Shown piece by piece: positions 60,239 to 64,000 of a stretch of DNA of 64,000 nt. This stretch comes from Azolla caroliniana. Taxonomy: Eukaryota; Plantae; Polypodiophyta. How positions within the stretch are numbered: position 1 is the first letter of the stretch; each line of letters opens with the position of its first letter. The notes below the pieces were generated by a model. It was not told where the DNA came from. It made no database searches and was given only the letters and a program-made list of their open reading frames with translations. A program made the position numbers and the translations under genes. Where the stretch lies: NCBI GenBank assembly GCA_043228905.1, contig JBHGNT010000005.1:17050001-17114000 (forward strand). The letters run 5' to 3'.

Positions 60239-61844
60239 AGTCGGACACAGCGCAGGATGGTTTCGGACAACCGACATCAGTTCCTTAATGATCGGCTTCA
60301 ACTCTTCCGACCCGACCAGTTCGGTCTTCTGCCTTCGGACCCTGCCGACTCGAACAAAAACTGATATGTCCGAGAACCTAGGTTTATACCTGTAATCTTA
60401 GATAACCCATGTATACACCCATTACGGGGGAGTGTCGAATACAAGTGTATAATGGACGTATTCACACTATCCCTTTGTATAGCTCAAGTTTGGGCCATTT
60501 GTGTAATTAGCATAAATGGTAGTTGCCCTAAGTCGGTCAATATATAAAGTGACCTAGTAACCTTTTTGTAAGGTTGGTTGTATTATTTGTTTCTATGAAA
60601 TAGAAAGAGTCTTTGTGCCTCCTCTCTCTCTCTCTCTCTCTCTATCTCTGTGCACGATCTTGGAAACTGCCGAACGCAGGTACAAAACAACAATCGAATG
60701 CTACTTGATCTTCCGCATTGACGGCCTTGTATACAACAGGGGGGGGGGGGGATTTTCATTCATCTCTCACCTTCACTAGGGGGTGGTCAGGTGGACTTGC
60801 ACCCTTTCTTTCTTATTTTCCTCTTTATTTTTGCCGCGGCATGCAAATTCACCAACAAACTTTGAGGTGTGCAACCAAGAGCTCGAGTACGAACTAGTAA
60901 GAAGTTTCATGTTGCATTCAAGTATAATGTCTAGTTTGGCATTTAAAAAGAACAAGTTAACTTAGTTTCCACTAACTAATCCATGAAGACTTATAAATAT
61001 ATAGCTCTTCCTTTTATCAACCAAATTTATCATTCGGTGATTAATATAAGACGATATAGGATTGAGATTATTCATGTTCATTTTATTTCATTAAAAATAT
61101 GAGCCGCCACATACGTGTGCCAAAGCCCATTTTTTTTGGAAAGGCACGTATTATATTAATTGTATGTAAAAACCCACTTGTTATGAAGTCTTGGTCTTCT
61201 TTGCCCGCCTATGTAGGGAGAGGGACATAATGTCATTGCTATTAGAAAACCTGAATATGCACTTGAGGAAATGATCCCCACATGCTCTAACCAAAAAAAA
61301 TTCCAAACAAGAATGGCTTTCAACTTCTTCACATATACACTTAAATTGAAGGAGCAATTTGAACAACTAACCCACAACATTATTGAATGTCATTGTTGAG
61401 GAAGCTACAAGCTAGAAGAGATGGTATGAAACAATTGGAGCATCATCACAACATCAACAAGAAACATGTAGCATCAAGCAAATAAAGAGTTTCAAGAAGT
61501 AACGACAACGGTCTTGTATAAAATGGCGTTGAGAGTTTGATAATTGCACACCAACCAATCCGAAGCATGATAAATTAGGTACTTTAAATTCAAGTGCTTT
61601 GCAAACAATATAAGTTTGGACACAATAGGTGCAACAAGTAGGATATAAACTTCACACATGTGCATTGATCCTTTGCGATTAATCATAACAAAGGTGACCA
61701 AGCAATTTCTTTGTAAACATTACTGGTTATTTAAATGTCCCTTACCCAACCAATAGAAGGGATTGACAATGGCTTCCTAACATCATCACATCGGTAAACT
61801 CAAATACATGGATAACAACCTAGAGAATCGGTGAACGGGATTAT

Positions 61845-64000
61845 TGATGATGGGGGGGGAAGACATGGTGGGGGGGACAAAATGCGCACCTTGAGATCAA
61901 ACCATAGGCGAGCGATTACGATTACGATTACGATTACGATTAAGATTAAGATTAAGATTACAAATATGATTAAGATTAGGATTTAAGATTGAGATTGAGA
62001 TTACGATTGTGATAGTATACATGTATTAGTTAGCAGAAGAAAAGGTAAGGTTGTAGGCTGTAGTCTTATGTGTGGATCCAATGTGGCTAGTGTTTTTAGC
62101 AATGGCATGTGTTTGTTGGAAAATGGGAAAGAAAAGATGCGATGTGTCCATGCAGATTGTTGAATCTGGAGTAATGGAGGCGGACGAGCTGCTGTTTTCT
62201 GGCCTGCACAGAAAATGTCGAACACACACACACACAGAGAAAAACAGCACACACGAAAAAAACAGAAAAGAGAAAGACAAAACTTTTTGGGGGCCAATGA
62301 AACCCTCATTTCTATTAGTTTATATACCTATGCGTAAATAGTAAGAAATTACAGATTTGGCCTTTTCTTACTATCAATCTCCCACTAAAAGGCCAAACTA
62401 GGGATCAACAAAGCTGATGGGGAGATTGAACAAGACCTACACATCCTACTTGATGAGTATGTTACACAATGTACAAGAAACAATGTGTAACCTCATGACC
62501 TAAGTTATCCCCATCAAGTGGCAGCAATGCTCTAGTGCTTCGTGCGATAGAGCCTTGGTCAACGCATCTGCGGCATTGTCTTGAGAGACAACTTTCTCAA
62601 GACTAATATAGCCAGCAGCTATGCATTCTCGAATGAAGTGATATCTCACTCCAATGTGCTTGGTCTTCGCATGGTATACTGGGTTTTTAGCCAATGCAAT
62701 GGCACTCTGACTATCACAAAACAATATGGGTACAAGCTTAGATATGCCCATGTCACAAGCTAATCTGGACAGCCATACGGCTTCCTTACAAGCTTCGCTA
62801 GCTGCGACATACTCTGCTTCTGTAGTGGACAGAGCAGTACATTTTTGGAGACGAGATCTCCAAGATATCGCACCTCCCATAAACTGAAAAATATATCCTG
62901 AAGTGGATTTTCTGCTGTCAGAGCAGCCAGCATAATCAGAATCTGTGTATCCGATGATGGATACAGTTCCACCACCTAAACATAGACACCTATTCTTAGT
63001 GCCACACAGATATCTTAAAATCAGTTTAACTGCCTCCCAATGTTTATTACCAGGATTGGACATAAATCTGCTCACAGCTCCCACTGCGAAAGCAATGTCT
63101 GGTCTGGTCGCTATCATAGCGTACATAAGACTCCCAACAGCGGATTGATAAGGAACCTTGGACATGAATTTCTTGTCCTCATCGGATGTGGGGCAATCAC
63201 GTGTGCTCAGATTTACATATGAAGGTAGTGGAGTGCTTAACGGCTTCGCATTCTCCATATTAAACCTCATGAGCACTTTCGATATGTACTCAGCCTGAGA
63301 CAAGTAAATACATCGCTTACTCCTATCACGAGTGATACGCATACCAAGAATATGTTTTGCATCTCCCAAATCCTTCATGTCAAAATTCTGGCTCAAGTTT
63401 TTCTTTAACGAGGATAACTCATCCTTGTTTTTACCAGCAATAAGCATGTCATCAACATATAATATCAATGTGATAAAACTCCCATCTGAACAGTTTTTCG
63501 TATAAAGACATGCATCTTCATTGCTTCTAGTACATCCTTGAGTCTTCATAAAGGCATCAAATTTCTGATACCATAACCTCGGGGACTGCTTAAGCCCATA
63601 CAAACTCTTCTTGAGCTTACATACCAAATGTTCTTTTCCCAATACTTCATAACCTTCTGGTTGTTCCATATAAATGTCCTCATCAAGGTCCCCATGCAAG
63701 AAAGCAGTCTTCACATCCATTTGGACAAGTTCCAAATTCTGATTTGCAGCCAATGAAAGCAACATACGTAATGTAGTCATCTTAACTACAGGAGAAAAGG
63801 TTTCATCAAAGTCAATTCCATATTCTTGCTTGAAACCTTTTGCAACCAAGCGTGCTTTATACTTTGGAGAAGCACTATCAGATGTATACTTATACTTGTA
63901 TACCCATTTGCATGGCAATGCTTTCCTGTCCTTTGGCAAAGGTACTAAATCCCAAGTACCATTTTTATAAATGCTGTCCAATTCACTTTGCATGGCCTGT
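61845..64000 (-). mobile_element. Copia-6: 3' part of a Ty1/copia (RT-RH ORF 62500-63993, PPT, 3' LTR about 61845-62376)
   Basis: Intact 497-aa frame with YKARLVAKG, YVDDML, TDSDY, CDSQSA. PPT TAGTGGGAGAT at 62387-62377. The LTR contains (GATTAC/GATTAA)n; its left boundary is tentative. Confidence 0.9.

Larger units (their letters stand above)
47944..60738 (+). mobile_element. Copia-5: young full-length Ty1/copia interrupted by a gypsy
   Basis: LTRs 47944-48253 and 60433-60738, differing by one substitution and CT-repeat length as seen. PBS-Met 48256-48267, PPT 60424-60432, G-runs on both flanks. Confidence 0.96.

Overview
Plant nuclear DNA, about 80% transposable elements. It is probably from a non-seed land plant such as a fern or lycophyte (inference from the retrotransposon lineages). 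Positions 3349-36408 are a decayed Ty1/copia element holding nested insertions: copia-1 (3469-10552), copia-2 (12773-29385) > copia-3 (17037-27876) > young copia-4 (19046-24421), a self-priming Tcn1-like chromovirus (29486-34959) and three RTE/RTEX-type LINE copies, all inserted at CT-repeat sites of LTRs. A gene island follows, with an intact 4-exon LOG-family gene (38573-40545) and an OBL1-like class-3 lipase pseudogene (about 41687-43875). Next is copia-5 (47944-60738), interrupted by a near-intact non-chromoviral Ty3/gypsy (52654-59921), and a partial copia-6 at the right end. Two observations stand out. First, tRNA-like A-box/B-box cassettes recur inside the LTRs of two unrelated protein-coding gypsy elements and in two other LTR-like repeats. 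Second, the young gypsy has an 18-nt tRNA-Trp PBS, a 4-bp TSD and a slippery heptamer plus H-type pseudoknot (-1 frameshift signal) between protease and RT. All coordinates and alignments were read by eye; no searches were run.
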